Shown: positions 41,463 through 56,364, numbered from the stretch's first letter. The stretch: DNA of 64,000 nucleotides from Octopus vulgaris (GCA_951406725.2 OX597840.1:19096001-19160000); one strand, 5' to 3'. Numbers and translations are program-made. Notes: a model not told the origin generated them from the letters alone.

Positions 41463-41909
41463 CACATACATGCAGATATTATATATACGGAAAGATAGAT
41501 ATACGGGGAGAGAAAGGAGGAAAGAAAAAGAGAAAGCGTTATACAGGTGGCCGCTATTCGCTTTACGGCTGAGTAGACCGAGCAATATAAAATGAAGTCC
41601 CTTGCTCAAGAACACGATGAACTGCTTGGCTCAGGCATTGAAACTAGGATTTTGTGATCATGAGCCGAACACTGTTATCATTTGGCCGCGGGTCTTCACA
41701 ATGAACGGTAGCTGGGAGAGGTCTGAGGGAGATATAGCTGCTATTTCTAGCAAAGTGACCTAGACACGGTGATGGGCACCCTGTACATGTATATGATATG
41801 CTAAAGAGTCCGGCAACAGATGTCGCCATCTGCTATGACTTTTCCTTTAATTGGTGTTTATTCAATGAAGAAAACTAGAACACGCAATACTCATTATATG
41901 CTAATTAAT

Positions 41910-42830
41910 AAAGTGGCGAGCTGGCAGAGTTGTTAGCACGCTGGATATAACTGCATCATTTCTTCTGGCTCATTACGTTCTAAGTTCAAATACTGACAAG
42001 TTCGACTTTACCTTTCATCGTTTCGGGGTCGATAAAATAAGTACCAGTTGAATACTGGGTCCGTGTAATCGATTAGGCCCCTCCTCCAAAATTGCTGGCC
42101 TTGTATCAGAATTTGAAACCAGTTAGTAAAATGGCGAACTGCCGAATCGTTAGCGCGCTTGCGTTATTTTCCCCGGCTCTTTACGTTGTAAGTTCAAATA
42201 CCACCTAGGTTACTATTGTTTTTCGTCCTCCTGGTGTCGAGAAAATGAAGTAACTCTAATAATAGGGTCGATGGGAGCATTTAACACAATACGACTAAAA
42301 ATTCTGGCCTTGAACCATAATTTGGAACTTCCAAGATGGGGAACCAACAGAATAATTAACGTATGGCGTTAATAAAGGCGACGAGCTGGCAGAATCGTTA
42401 GCACACCGGGCGAAATGCTTAGCGGTGTTTCATCTGTCTTTATGTTCTGAGTTCAAATTCCGCCGAGGTCGACTTTGCCTTTTATCCTTTCGGAGTCGAT
42501 AAATTAAGTACCAGTTACGCACTGGGGTCGATGTAATTGACTTAATCCCTTTGTCTCTCCTTGTTTGTCCCCTCTATGTTTAGCCCCTTGTGGGTAGTAG
42601 AGAAATAAGAATAATTAACGTATGGAGCAAAATGATTGGTGGTATTACTTCCAGCACTTTCCGCCATGGTTATTTTAGCGTTTCATCTTTGCAGGGTCGA
42701 TAAACTAAAGTACAAGTACCAGTCAAATATTGGGGTTGATGATATCCAATAACCTCTACTCTTGAAATTGCTGGCCATATACAGAAACACAAAAAGGCGG
42801 CAAGCTGGTGATAATCGTTAGCAGAATTGG
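41910..42830 (+). mobile_element. Nested family M SINE cluster; young copy 42375-42607 with 18-bp TSD
   Basis: AGAATAATTAACGTATGG at 42349-42366 and 42608-42625. Confidence 0.82.
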
Positions 42831-43382
42831 ACAAGTAGTAGTCATAGCAAGCCTGGTCGCCTGATTTAAGACTGCCAGCGGAAAAAATAGGAAGAAAATA
42901 AAGCAAAAACAAACAAACAAAAAAATGCAAATCAAAACCAGTCGCCATATTTGCAGAGCATTAGTAAAATGATAAACAGACGAAGAAAAACTCGATCATT
43001 TTCAGTTGATAGTTTCACCCTGTCGAGGTTAGAGAAATAACGCAGCCATTACTGTTTTATCGAGTTACTGATATAACCTCTCCAAACAGCATTATTACTG
43101 ATATTCCGACCAGAATATATCTCACACTGAATTTGTGTAGTTTCTTTAGGCATTTGACTCAAGTTAGTTTTTATTTTCTCTTCTCACTCTCGCTTTTTTC
43201 CCCCTTCTGTCTCTATTCTCTCACTCAGCAGTCTTTTCCCAGACTAATTCCAAATTCCTTGTATCGATCGTATCTATCGAATTACTGTCATCTCCATCAT
43301 CGTTTATAATCGCCATCGTCATCATCTGCACCGTCCTTACAGCCACCACATCATCATCATCATCATCATCGTCATCTTCATC

Positions 43383-43420
<38 letters not shown>

Positions 43421-44054
43421 ACATCATCATCATCAACATCATCATCATCAACATCATCTTCATCAACATCATCATCGTCGTCAGTATGATCATCTTTGTC
43501 ATTATCGCCAACTCCGCTCCATTACCATCACCTTCTTCTTCTTCTTCTTTTTCTTTTTCTCCTCCTCCTCCTCCTCCTCCTCATATATATATATATATAT
43601 ATATATATGGTCATCTTTGTCATTATCGCCAACTCCGCTCCATTACCACCTTCTTCTTTCTTCTTCTTCTTTTCTCCTCCTCCTCCTACTACTACTAATA
43701 CTACTACTACTACTTCTCCTAGTGAGCATGGTACATTAAAATTCAATTCCCTTGAAGCCGGGCCGTTAACCCACATCCTCTTTCACACCTAGTCAGTGGG
43801 CATCTTTATCTTTACCAATTTGTCTAAATCATTTGGAACAAGTCTTAGATTCAAGGATAATTCCCTTCCATCCTACTTTCCGTCCCATCCATCTCGGGGC
43901 GCTTCTTAAAATGGATCATGAACGCTGTTGCTCTTCTTATTCCAAATAAGCAATTAGCTACATGTCCTTCATTACACTGTGTAACAAAATTTTAATTTTT
44001 ATTTATTTTTTTTGTTTTTGATTTTTTCGCCTTTGTTCAGTAAGTGTTATTTTC

Positions 44055-45193
44055 TATAAATAATGCGATTTTTTCAATTGCATGAACTAAAAGTCAGAGG
44101 GGACGGGATAAACTACCTGCATCAACTTGCTATAAAAGCAGGTATTAATTTTACCTTGCGCTTATTCTTAGTGCAAATTTTGAAGAGTGCAGTTCGATAG
44201 TAACATTTATTTTTTCAAAGTTATAATGGAAACGGCAAAGGAGTATATTTGGCATATTTTGCTTTATGAGTTCAATAAAGGCCACAAGGCAACGGAAAGC
44301 CAGTATCAACGGTGGTTCCAGAAATTCCGAGCTGGAAACTACAACCTAGAAGACGAACTTCGACCTGGAAGATCTGTAGTGTTCGACGAGGGCGTCCTGC
44401 AAATCCTGGTGGAATGAAACCCCATGGTAACTGTTGACGAACTTGCAGAGAGGTTTAGATTTAGTCATTCAATCATTCATCAACACATGTGTGCCATTGG
44501 AAAAGTCAGCAAATTGGGTTCCTCACAAACTTACCAAGTCTAATCGCGCGCAGGGAGTGAGTGTGTGCTTTTCTTTGCTGTCAAGTCTCATGAATGAGCC
44601 TTTTTGGGACTGAATAGTGACTGGTGACAAGAAATGGGTTCTCTATAAAAATGTCAAGCGCCGAAGACAGTGGGTTGGGAAAAAAGAAAGGGGCAAAATA
44701 AGGTCTTTATTCACGTAAGGTGTTTGTGGAATATGAAACGTTTAGTCTACTTTAATCTTTTAAACTCAAACCAAACAATAACAAAGGAGATCTGCTGTGA
44801 ACAGATTGGGCGGCTTTAAGTCAGCGCTAGAAGAAAAACGACCATTTTTGGTTTCAAGATCAAAAGTGTTTTTCCATCAGGATAATGCTCGGCCGCATGC
44901 AGCGAGGATGACATTCATCGGACATTTCCCCATCTGATTATCATTTATTCCACAGTCTTCAAAATCAATCGGTCTGAAAAAATATGAATTCTGTAGACGA
45001 GGTCAGAACAGTACTGGAAGAGTATTTCTCATCACGGACAAGTGGAGCTTTGCAAGTCTACTAGATAGAAGGAAGAGCATTGTAGAAAATGAAGGAGAGT
45101 ATATTTTAGATTAAAAAAGAACTTTGTTCATCTTAATTTTGAAAACTAAAAGAAGTATTTAAAAAACTGCATTATTTACGGGATGACCCAATA
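44055..45193 (+). mobile_element. Decayed mariner transposon
   Basis: HILLYEFNKG, QRWFQKFRAGNYNLEDE, VPHKL, IVTGDKKWVLY, FHQDNARPH, DISPSDYHLF, IVENEGEY; 3' TIR ...GCATTATTTACGGGATGACCCAATA. Confidence 0.92.
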
Positions 45194-45327
45194 TTTGCTT
45201 TTATCTAGAAATCAAAGGAAATCCCTACTGGTCCCTTCATACTTTTCTTTGCTCCCCTGGACATCAATATTTTGAAACTGAGCTATTTTCCATTATATTT
45301 CATACATATTCAGCATTGAGTTACCGA

Positions 45328-45827
45328 AGTTTGTGAGGAACCCGATTTGCTGACTTTTTCAATGGCCCGCAGGTGTCGATGAATGGTTGAATGACTAAAT
45401 CTAAACCTCTCTGCAAGTTCGGCAACAGTTACCATGGGGTTTCATTCCACCAGGATTTGCAGGACGCCCTCGTCGAATTCTACAGATCTTCCAGGTCGAA
45501 GTTTGTCCTCTAGGTTGTAGTTTCCAGCTCGGAATTTCTAGAACCACCGTTGATACTGGCTTTCCATTGCCTTGTGGCCTTTATTGAATTTGTAAAGCAA
45601 AACATACCAAATATACTCCTTTGCCGTTTCCATTATAACTTTGAAAAAATAAATGTTACTATCGAACTGCACTCTTCAAAATTTGCACTAAGAATAAGCG
45701 CAAGGTAAAATTAATACCTGCTTTTATAGCAAGTTGATGCAGGTAGTTTATCCCGTCCCCTCTGACTTTTAGTTCATGCAATTGAAAAAATCGCATTATT
45801 TATAGAAAATAACACTTACTGAACAAA
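45328..45827 (-). mobile_element. Inverted duplicate of the mariner 5' part including its flank
   Basis: Reverse complement of 44032-44532 with shared deletions. Confidence 0.9.
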
Positions 45828-46699
45828 CATCCTGTTCAATGCCACATATTTGCTTGTTGTCTTTGGTCAGTAACAGTTATTTCTTATTTGCTTCTGTCTA
45901 GAAATCAAAAGAAATCACTACTGGTCCCTTCAAACATTGCTTTTCTCATTTGGACATCAATGTCTTAAAACTGACCTATTTTCCTTACAATTCAGCACTG
46001 AATTTCCAAAGCAGAAATATTCCTTAGTGGCTGACAATATGTGTATCTCTTATCACGAGCAGGTGTAGTTGATGTGAGAGGGATTCAGTGGGGTTTGAAT
46101 AAATCTTAGACAAATAAAGTTTGAAATAAATATTAGCCATTGTTCATAGTTTCCAGGAGTAAGTAAATAGGAAATAACAGTTGCTACTCCAGGACAAAAT
46201 TCGTTTTACACAGCAATGTTTCCTAAAATAATTTACGCTGTGTAACAGGATTTAGTGTGTGTATGTGGTTGAGATTGAGTGTGCATGTATATGTATGTGT
46301 GCGTGCGTGCGTGTGTGCGTGCGCGCGCGCGTATGTGTGTGTGTGTGTGTGAGTGTGTGTGTGCGTGTGTGTGTGCGTAATAGGTTGCGATGTCCTATAA
46401 CTAGGTTGTCCCGACTGTGGACAATGAGTGACAGAGACAGTCACAGAATCGGTCGAGCGTCTGTAAAAATGAATTGTGGCATCTAATCCGATTGATTACT
46501 TGTATGTATGCATATGTATGTATTTCTCCTTCCTTCTCCCCTTCCCCCTCCTCTTCTCTCCTTTCCTTCTCCCCCCTCACCCTCTCTCCCTCCTCATCTC
46601 TCCTATCTCCCCCCTTACCTTCCCCCTCTTCCCCTCTCCCCTCATCTCCTCTCTCTACACTACACCATACGACTTTACACATCACATCATATATACATA

Positions 46700-47159
<460 letters not shown>

Positions 47160-47362
47160 GGCACGTGGTTTAGTAGTTAGGATATTCGGATCAGGATCGT
47201 AAGGTCGTGAGTTCAATTCCCGACGACGCATTGTGTCCTTGAGCAAGACACTTTATTTCACGGGCAGGCTGTTCCGTTGATCGAATCACCTTGGACCCTC
47301 GTCGTCGTAACCGAGGGAGTGCTCTCTCTCTTTCTCTACATACATACATACACATATACATG

Positions 47363-47406
<44 letters not shown>

Positions 47407-47530
47407 TATGTATATTGTCACAGTGGGAACGTGTATGTCTGTTTAAGATACTAGTCAAGTACCAAGGACGACTTACTCAAGTAAATCCTTCCGCTCTAAG
47501 TAGTAGTGGTGGTGGTTATGGCGGTTGTAA

Positions 47531-47581
<51 letters not shown>

Positions 47582-47687
47582 AAAACGATGCGGTTGTCGG
47601 CATCAAGTATGGCGTTTCCCGTTGGCAAAATGTGTTTTATTCCAATGTTAACAACGATGGCAGCATAATTAACAGCACCGTCTCAAC

Positions 47688-47740
<53 letters not shown>

Positions 47741-47888
47741 CCATCGTCGTCATCATCATCATAATCATAATCGTCGTTATCTTTGCTGCCGCTTCCCTAC
47801 ACTTAACTTCTGGCATTTAAACGATTTTCAAAAATTGTCAATAGGGTAAGTGCGTGTGTGTGTACTTATATATACATATATATGTATG

Positions 47889-47920
<32 letters not shown>

Positions 47921-48064
47921 TGTATGTATGTATGTATATCTATCTATATATATATATATATCTGTGTGTGTGAGTGTGTATGTGTGTATATATATGTATG
48001 TACGTATGTTTATCTATATATAAACACATATACCATGCATACATATGTGTATGTATATATATGC

Positions 48065-48097
<33 letters not shown>

Positions 48098-48589
48098 TAT
48101 GCATATATATATGTGTATATATATATGTATATATATATGTGTATGTATATATATGTGTATATATATATATGTGTGTGTATGTATATATATATGTATATAT
48201 ATATATATGTATATATATAAGTGCATATATATATATACACATATATATACAGAGAGAGAGAGAAAAAAAAGAAAGAAAGAGAGTGAAAGAGAGCAAGAGA
48301 GATGCTCTCCTCCTGCCAAGCTCCTCCCTGATTGCTCGCCAACAGCCACTGCAAGCAATCAAATTTTAACTCCATTATATATTATGGAGAAAATTAAGAC
48401 AATGATGCTGATGATGATGGTGATGATGATAATAGTCATGATTTAAATAACAAAAATAACAAATATAGCAATAACAACAATAATAATAGAAACAATAATA
48501 ACAATAATAAAAATAATAATGATAAAAATAATGATAAAGGAAAACATCATTAGCGTAAAACCTAAATCATTTTATACATTTGCTTAAAG

Positions 48590-49110
48590 TGTATGTATAT
48601 CTGTATGTATGTATGTATGTATGTGTGTACGTGTATATATATGTGTGTGTATGTGTGTATGTATGTATGCATGTGTGTACGTGTATGTATGTGTGTGTAT
48701 GTGAGTATGTATGTGTGTATGTATGTGTATGTATGTATGTACGTATGTGTGTACGTATACGTATGTGTCTGTATGTGTGTATGTATGTATGTATGCATGT
48801 GTGTACGTGTATGTATGTGTGTATGTGTATGTATGTATGCATGTATGCATGTATGTACGTGTGTGTATGTGTGTGTATGTATGTCTGTATGTATGCATGT
48901 GTGTGTACGTGTATGTATGTATGTATGTATGTATGTATGTATATATGTATGTGTGTGTATGTGTGTGTATGTATGTATGTATGTATGTATGTATGTGTGT
49001 ATATATGTATATATGTATGTGTATGTATGTATGTATGTATGTGTGTATGTATGTATGTGTGTATGTATGTATATATGTATGTGTGTATGTGTGTATGTAT
49101 GTATGTACGT
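48590..49110. repeat. Degenerate (ATGT)n/(GT)n tract
   Basis: Direct reading. Confidence 0.92.
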
Positions 49111-49235
49111 GTCCATGTCTGTAGATGTACTTATATGTAAATATATGTTTACATATGTGAAATATCTATTCACATAAATGTATGTACATGTTTGTGTGTG
49201 TATAGATATATGCCTCTCTCTCTATATATATATAT

Positions 49236-49267
<32 letters not shown>

Positions 49268-49300
49268 GAGAGATATAAAGGGAACGCGGTAGATAAACAA

Positions 49301-49402
<102 letters not shown>

Positions 49403-50904
49403 TGATTGATTGATAAAAACGGTGTCTGAGTATTCACATATATGTATTTTCATATAATGACATAAAATATTCACAAAATATTTATACATACATATATAGA
49501 TACATCCAAACATATACCTACACACATGGACACAGACATTCACACATACATATGCATTACATGCAAACATTTTTACTCGTACACTCATGCATACATACGT
49601 ACTTATATACACACACATACATACATAATTGAGATGAAGTATAATAGTGTACGTGCCCAGCAAGTATTTACATATGTGTAGGCAAGGAGAGAAAAGCAGC
49701 AGACTCTGTCTTGTATTTATGAACTGACTAGAAATATAGAAAAGTCACTTCATGATTGAAAATGATACAGGGTAAAAAATCACACATCCCAAACAAACAC
49801 ACGTAAGGTGCAGGCTCACACGCGCTCACACACAAACACACACACACAGGGGACAGCACAAGGTGGGCCAAAAAAATTTTTTAAAAACGCTTTAGATTTC
49901 ATTATAATAATCATTTCTACTGAAGGCACAAGGCCCGAACTTTAGGGGTAGGGGACTAGTCCATTGAAGCATCCCCAGTACTCAACTGGTACTTTATCGA
50001 CCCCGAAAGGATGACAGGCAAAATCGACCTCAGCGAAATTTGAACGCAGGACGTAAAGATGGACGAAATGCCGCTAAACATTTTGCCCGGCATGCTAACG
50101 ATTCTGCCATCTCGCCGCCTTAAATTTCATTTTAATAATAAGAGCAATAATAATTATCAGAATGTTTACTAGAATAGAATGTCCTCACTGGTGACAGAAC
50201 ATTCGTTTTCCATGTTTAGCTGCTGATGGCTATTTCTTCATATTGTTTTGTATTTTTCTGTCTCTTTTTTTTTTTTTTAGTGGGGACACTTTTTTTTTTG
50301 TAATTTTGAAGTAACTCCCGGCTGTGACAACAATGAAGTCATAATTATTATTTAATAGAAATATTTTCGAGAGTTTTGGAATTTTTTCTGAAAAACATAT
50401 GCTTTTTTTTCTTTTCATAAAAAAATTACTAAAAAAATGAACACGTTTTTCAATTTGAATTCTTCTCTAAAACTTTCAAAACTACCCCTGGGCAACATGA
50501 AAATACAAAACACTTCTGATTTAAATGGCCGAGACTCTAGGGGGATAAAGATGAAGGATAATTGGAACTGATTTAACTCTAAAGAAATCGTCAATACCCC
50601 TTGTATATTTATAACAAAGACATGGAGTGTTCTCGTGATAAATGGGACACATCTTAAGCGCGAGGAACTATGACTGTTACAAGCACGGATAACCACAACA
50701 TGTATTCTATAATTTTACGACACCGTCTCTATGCTGGTAAATGTGTATGTATATATATATATATATATATATTGTTATATATATATAGTTATATTTCGGA
50801 ATGGTCATATTGCCAGTTTAGCCAATAAAAACACACGCACTATATATTTGGTGTTATTTTGCTTCAGTGTTATTTATTTTTTACATTAATCTTAATCTTA
50901 TTTC

Positions 50905-50948
50905 GGCCAGAGTTCTTTCGTCACACTCCTGTGACCGCATCAGTGGTC
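50905..50948 (-). ncRNA. Hammerhead-like motif with variant core
   Basis: Minus strand GACCA-CTGATGC-G-GTCAC(AGGAGT)GTGAC-GAAA-GAAC-TC-TGGCC. Confidence 0.6.
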
Positions 50949-51268
50949 CTTTGTTTTCTTCTTTCTTATTTGTGTCTCTCCTTACTAACCGTCAGCCATT
51001 TTGTATTTCTATTGTATGTCTTCATTTGCGCATGCTTACATCTTTAATTGCGTCTATGTTTATTTAGTGTGTGTATGTGGGGGGATGTCTGTAATATTTG
51101 TATCTTCTGTTTATATATGTTCATGTAATTTGTATTTTGTTTTTGCTGTTTTTGTTTATTCTTATTTTGTTCATGTGTTTACATCCACTTATTATTATCA
51201 TTACATATGCTTGTATGTATGTATGTATGTATAACAACAATACTAGTAATAATAATAATAAATCGAAT

Positions 51269-51306
<38 letters not shown>

Positions 51307-52444
51307 TTTATTTCTATATGACGATAGAGGATCCCGAAAACATAATAAATACACAGATAAATAAACAAATAGAAATAAATAACTATATATATATTTTTTT
51401 TCGATTCGATTTATTATTATTATTACTAGTATTGTTGTTATACATGCATACATACATATGTATGTCAATTATAATTATACATACATACATACATACATAT
51501 GTATGTCAATTATAATCACGATGGTTCCAGTTGATCCCGTCAACCGAACAATCTGCTTATTAAATTAATGTGCAAGTGCCTGAGCACTCCGTAGATATGT
51601 GTGCCTTTAACGTAGTTCTCAGGGATATTCCGCGTGACACAGAGTGTGACAAGGCTGGCCCTTTGAAATACAGGTACAACTCATTTTTGGCAGCTGAGTG
51701 AACTTGGGCAACGAGAAGTCAAGTCTCTTGCTCAAGGTATCAACGCGTCTCTGAGAATCGAATTGATGACTTTACGATGATCGTTAGCCGAATCTTCCAA
51801 CCACTCAGCCATGCGCCTTCACATAACGTGATAGAAATTTAGCTAATTGCAAAGATCGGTGGACGGCTGGATTTCATTTGAAACGGATTGTGGCAGGAAC
51901 CGGGTAAACAGTACGTGTGACAATAAAGGGAAAAGAATTATTATTCAGTCCTCGTCTAATAAGTTCCAATCTATATACCATCCTACTTTCTTGTTAATGC
52001 CGTTGAATACGAATTAACTTGAAGTCAGGTCAGTACTGAAGTCACTACTAGCATTTTATATTTCGAACAAAATCATAACGAACAGTTTTACTTTTATTTT
52101 TTGTTTTATAGATCGTTAAGAATAGTTTTTAAAGTTGCTGACATAGACACAATAAAATATATTGATTTATCAAATGAGTGGATATTAGTTTCAAAACCCG
52201 TTGGCTGGCTGGCTTGTTGGTTATTATATTGGGTTGGTTCATGGTATATGTTTCAATTTGTAAAGTTTGCAAATGTCTGTAAGGGGAATTTTGAAAACAC
52301 AGGAGCTATTAATTCTGTCAAAGTGACAAAGGAACTGATTTGGGAGAGAGCAGCGGTTTGGCTTTGTACTTTAATAGCGTTTCTACTTCTTGGGATGGGT
52401 GGTTGTATAAGTATGCGTGTGTGTGTATGTATGTGTGTGTGTGT

Positions 52445-52695
52445 GGAGGCGCGTGGCTTAGTGGTTAGGGTGTCAGCATCATGATTGTAAAATTGTGGTT
52501 TCGATTCCTGGACCGGGCGACGCGTTGTGTTCTTGAGCAAAACACTTCATTTCACGTTGCTCCAGTCCACTCAGCTGGCAAAAATGAATAAGGCTGCGAT
52601 GGACTGGCGTCTCGTCCAGCTGGGTAACATATACGCCATTGAAACCGGGAAACCGGGCCCATGAGCCTGGCTAGCCTTTAAAAGGGCGCAAAAAA
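52445..52695 (+). mobile_element. CORE-like family C SINE, tail type 3
   Basis: Same head and core, then CTGCGATGGACTGGCGTCTCGTCCAG...GAAACCGGG tail. Confidence 0.8.
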
Positions 52696-53078
52696 TGTAT
52701 GTATGTATATATGTATGTAAGTATGTATGTATGTATATATGTATGTAAGTATGTATGTATGTATGAATACACATACACACACACACACGCACATATATAA
52801 TCTATGTATATAATAAATTATGTGTTTATAGATACATTCAGACATATAATAAAATAATAATGATGGACTGTCCCGTCGGAGACGACGTATTGACGTTCAG
52901 CCTTTGCCGAACGCCCCGAACGAATGAATTGTTTACAGAGATCAAATGTATGTGCCTCACAAACACATATATATATTTGTGTGTGTGTATTTGTGTCTGT
53001 GTATTTGTGTCTGTGTTTGTCCCTACCATCATTTGACAACCGATGTGGGTGTGCTTATGTCCCCGTAACTTAGTGGTT

Positions 53079-53132
<54 letters not shown>

Positions 53133-53249
53133 ATCTACATTTATACATGCACACATCCAGCGATCCTTTCCTACGTATACATATATCTATCTATCCATAT
53201 ATGTATATATATATTTATATATATAACATATAATATACATATATATGTG

Positions 53250-53302
<53 letters not shown>

Positions 53303-53312
53303 GTATATATAT

Positions 53313-54755
53313 ATATAAGAATGAATGTTTTTATATATAATGAACGTGAAATACAGGAAGGGACGAACACGGAACACAGACAAATCATTCGAAGCCTTCA
53401 ATCTTCAGTCAGACACCGAATCATCATAGCAAATTTCGGCTGTTCAATTCTGATATTTGCTCCAACTCGGCCAGCCCCAAGAAAAAAAAACTAAGCTGTA
53501 AGCATTAGATTTCTTGGTAGAAGACAGGAATGTGAACGCACAAGACGGATGTAAATACAAGAGACGAAAACGAAATTGAAAACAGTAATGAATAAACAAA
53601 ATATATATAACGGTGGTTGTCATACGACTTTAGACCAAATGAGACAAAAACAACAACAACATAGCTGGCGTAGAAATAATTACCGTTTCGGTAGCGGGGA
53701 CACATGTTGGTCGAGATACGATGGCCAACAGAATGGTTTAAGAAGCAGCAGGTTGCAGGAGAGAGAGAGAAAGAGAGACAGAGAGAGAGGGAATCAAAGA
53801 GGGTGGAAGGCAGGGGACAGAATCAGTGACCAAGAGAAAAGGAGAAAGAAGGGATTAAGGAGGATGGGAGGAAGAGGGGAGGAGGATGGGAGGAAGAGAG
53901 GGGAAGAATCGGAGGGCGCCAAAAAGTTTGGTGAAGAAGCAATGGCGGGTAGGAAAGACAGTGTGTATAGAAGTCGTGCAGGGTTTAAAATTAGACAAAC
54001 AAACGGGGGGGGGGGGGGTGCACGTGACGCCGCAATAATATAAGAATGAATGTTTTTATATATAATGAACGTGAAATACAGGAAGGGACGAACACGGAAC
54101 ACAGACAAATCATTCGAAGCCTTCAATCTTCAGTCAGACACCGAATCATCATAGCAAATTTCGGCTGTTCAATTCTGATATTTGCTCCAACTCGGCCAGC
54201 CCCAAGAAAAAAAAACTAAGCTGTAAGCATTAGATTTCTTGGTAGAAGACAGGAATGTGAACGCACAAGACGGATGTAAATACAAGAGACGAAAACGAAA
54301 TTGAAAACAGTAATGAATAAACAAAATATATATAACGGTGGTTGTCATACGACTTTAGACCAAATGAGACAAAAACAACAACAACATAGCTGGCGTAGAA
54401 ATAATTACCGTTTCGGTAGCGGGGACACATGTTGGTCGAGATACGATGGCCAACAGAATGGTTTAAGAAGCAGCAGGTTGCAGGAGAGAGAGAGAAAGAG
54501 AGACAGAGAGAGAGGGAATCAAAGAGGGTGGAAGGCAGGGGACAGAATCAGTGACCAAGAGAAAAGGAGAAAGAAGGGATTAAGGAGGATGGGAGGAAGA
54601 GGGGAGGAGGATGGGAGGAAGAGAGGGGAAGAATCGGAGGGCGCCAAAAAGTTTGGTGAAGAAGCAATGGCGGGTAGGAAAGACAGTGTGTATAGAAGTC
54701 GTGCAGGGTTTCAAATTGGACAAACAAACGGGGAGGTGCACGTAACGCCGCAATA
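53313..54755. repeat. Near-perfect tandem dimer of a 725-bp unit between (TA)n tracts
   Basis: 53316 and 54041 begin identical sequence; duplicated ORFs 53505/54230 and 53576/54301. Confidence 0.92.
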
Positions 54756-54989
54756 TATATATATGTGTGTGTGTGTGTGTATACATATATACATATGTAT
54801 GTGTATGTGCGTGTATATGTGTGTGTGGGGGGGGGGGTGCGCGCGCGCGCGTGGAAAGTGGCCAGAATCATATTTCTGTCGTCCATACATAAACAAGCCA
54901 GACTGGCAACTTTCCACTGTATCGCTTTGTATACACAAACAGAGAATGAATATCTTTAAAACTTAATTACCAGCTATCGGATCGCCTCG

Positions 54990-55039
54990 TTTGCATAATA
55001 CCGCTCGAATTGACCGACCGAAGGACGTCATGACGTCAT
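54990..55039. promoter_or_regulatory. Candidate enhancer: octamer-like site plus tandem CRE
   Basis: TTTGCATAAT at 54990; GACGTCA-TGACGTCA at 55024-55038 in non-repetitive CpG-containing sequence. Confidence 0.35.
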
Positions 55040-55620
55040 AGAATAACACTTCTGTATTACGTTGTACTCGGATCTCTGTCCACAGCCGTCGTCGTCGTCA
55101 TCGTGGAGTTCATTGTTGTTGCTGTTGTTATTTAATCCCCACCGGTTCTCAAGCTGATAGAAACGAAGCCCTTTCCACCCCATAAAATATTATCGTTTTT
55201 CTCCTACTTATTTCAGTCATTGGACTGTGGCTCTGCTGGAGTACTTACTTTGAAGGATTTTAGTCGATTAAATCGGGGCCAGGACGTATTTTGTTATTCT
55301 GTTATTTTTTTTAAACCTTGCTACTTATTCTATCGATCACTTTTGTTGCACCGCTAATGTTACAGGGATGCAAGCAAAGATCTCTCTTTCTCTCTCTCTC
55401 TCTCTATCTATCTTGTGATACACGATCCCTATTGATCGTTTTTTTCTTTTTTCTTTCCCTTTTACGATCCCTTTTGATCGAAAACCTAACCCCCTTTTTT
55501 TTCTCTCCCCAAAAAGAAAAGCTCTACTTTGTAATCTGTCCCGTCTGTGTGCAGCCCTGTGTGGCTAATAAAGAAACATATATATCTATCTACTTATCTC
55601 TCTCCGTCTCTCTCTGTCTG

Positions 55621-55682
<62 letters not shown>

Positions 55683-55691
55683 CATCCATCC

Positions 55692-55722
<31 letters not shown>

Positions 55723-55820
55723 CATTCATACACCCATCCATCCATCCATCTATCTATCTATCTATCCATTCATCCACCCATCCATCCATCTATCTATCTA
55801 TCTGTCTGTATATCTCTCTT

Positions 55821-55941
<121 letters not shown>

Positions 55942-56226
55942 ATATATATATATATGCACATACATATATGTATATGTGTATGTGTGTGTGTGTATGTATG
56001 AATGTATAGCCTAGTCTTGCCATGTCAATCTGATTCTGTTTGATTGAGAACTGAGGAGGAGGGGATCACGTTCAGAGTACAAATGACGACCACAATTGCA
56101 CGCTCTATATTTCACTGCGCCGCTACGTTCCTTTCAATTGGCAATTGCAATACCCATTGTTATTCATTGTCGGACCGTTTTCCAAAGAATTCATTGAACA
56201 ATTCTTCCTCATTCAACGGAACTTAC

Positions 56227-56253
56227 TTTGATCTCCGGCAGGGAAACAATCTC
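56227..56253 (-). CDS. Candidate 27-nt microexon (EIVSLPEIK)
   Basis: TTTCTGCTGTCAACAG acceptor, GTAAGT donor, length divisible by 3. Confidence 0.3.
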
Positions 56254-56364
56254 CTGTTGACAGCAGAAACCCTAAGCCGGTCGCCACTGGACTGGTAGGT
56301 TTCAGGAATCGATTCGATAGATGGAAGTCACGTTTGAACAGATTGACAACTTGTTCGATTCTTG

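Noticed and set aside
53576-54966. 155-aa and 221-aa ORFs in the tandem dimer
   Set aside because: Purine-rich low-complexity frames without recognisable domains.
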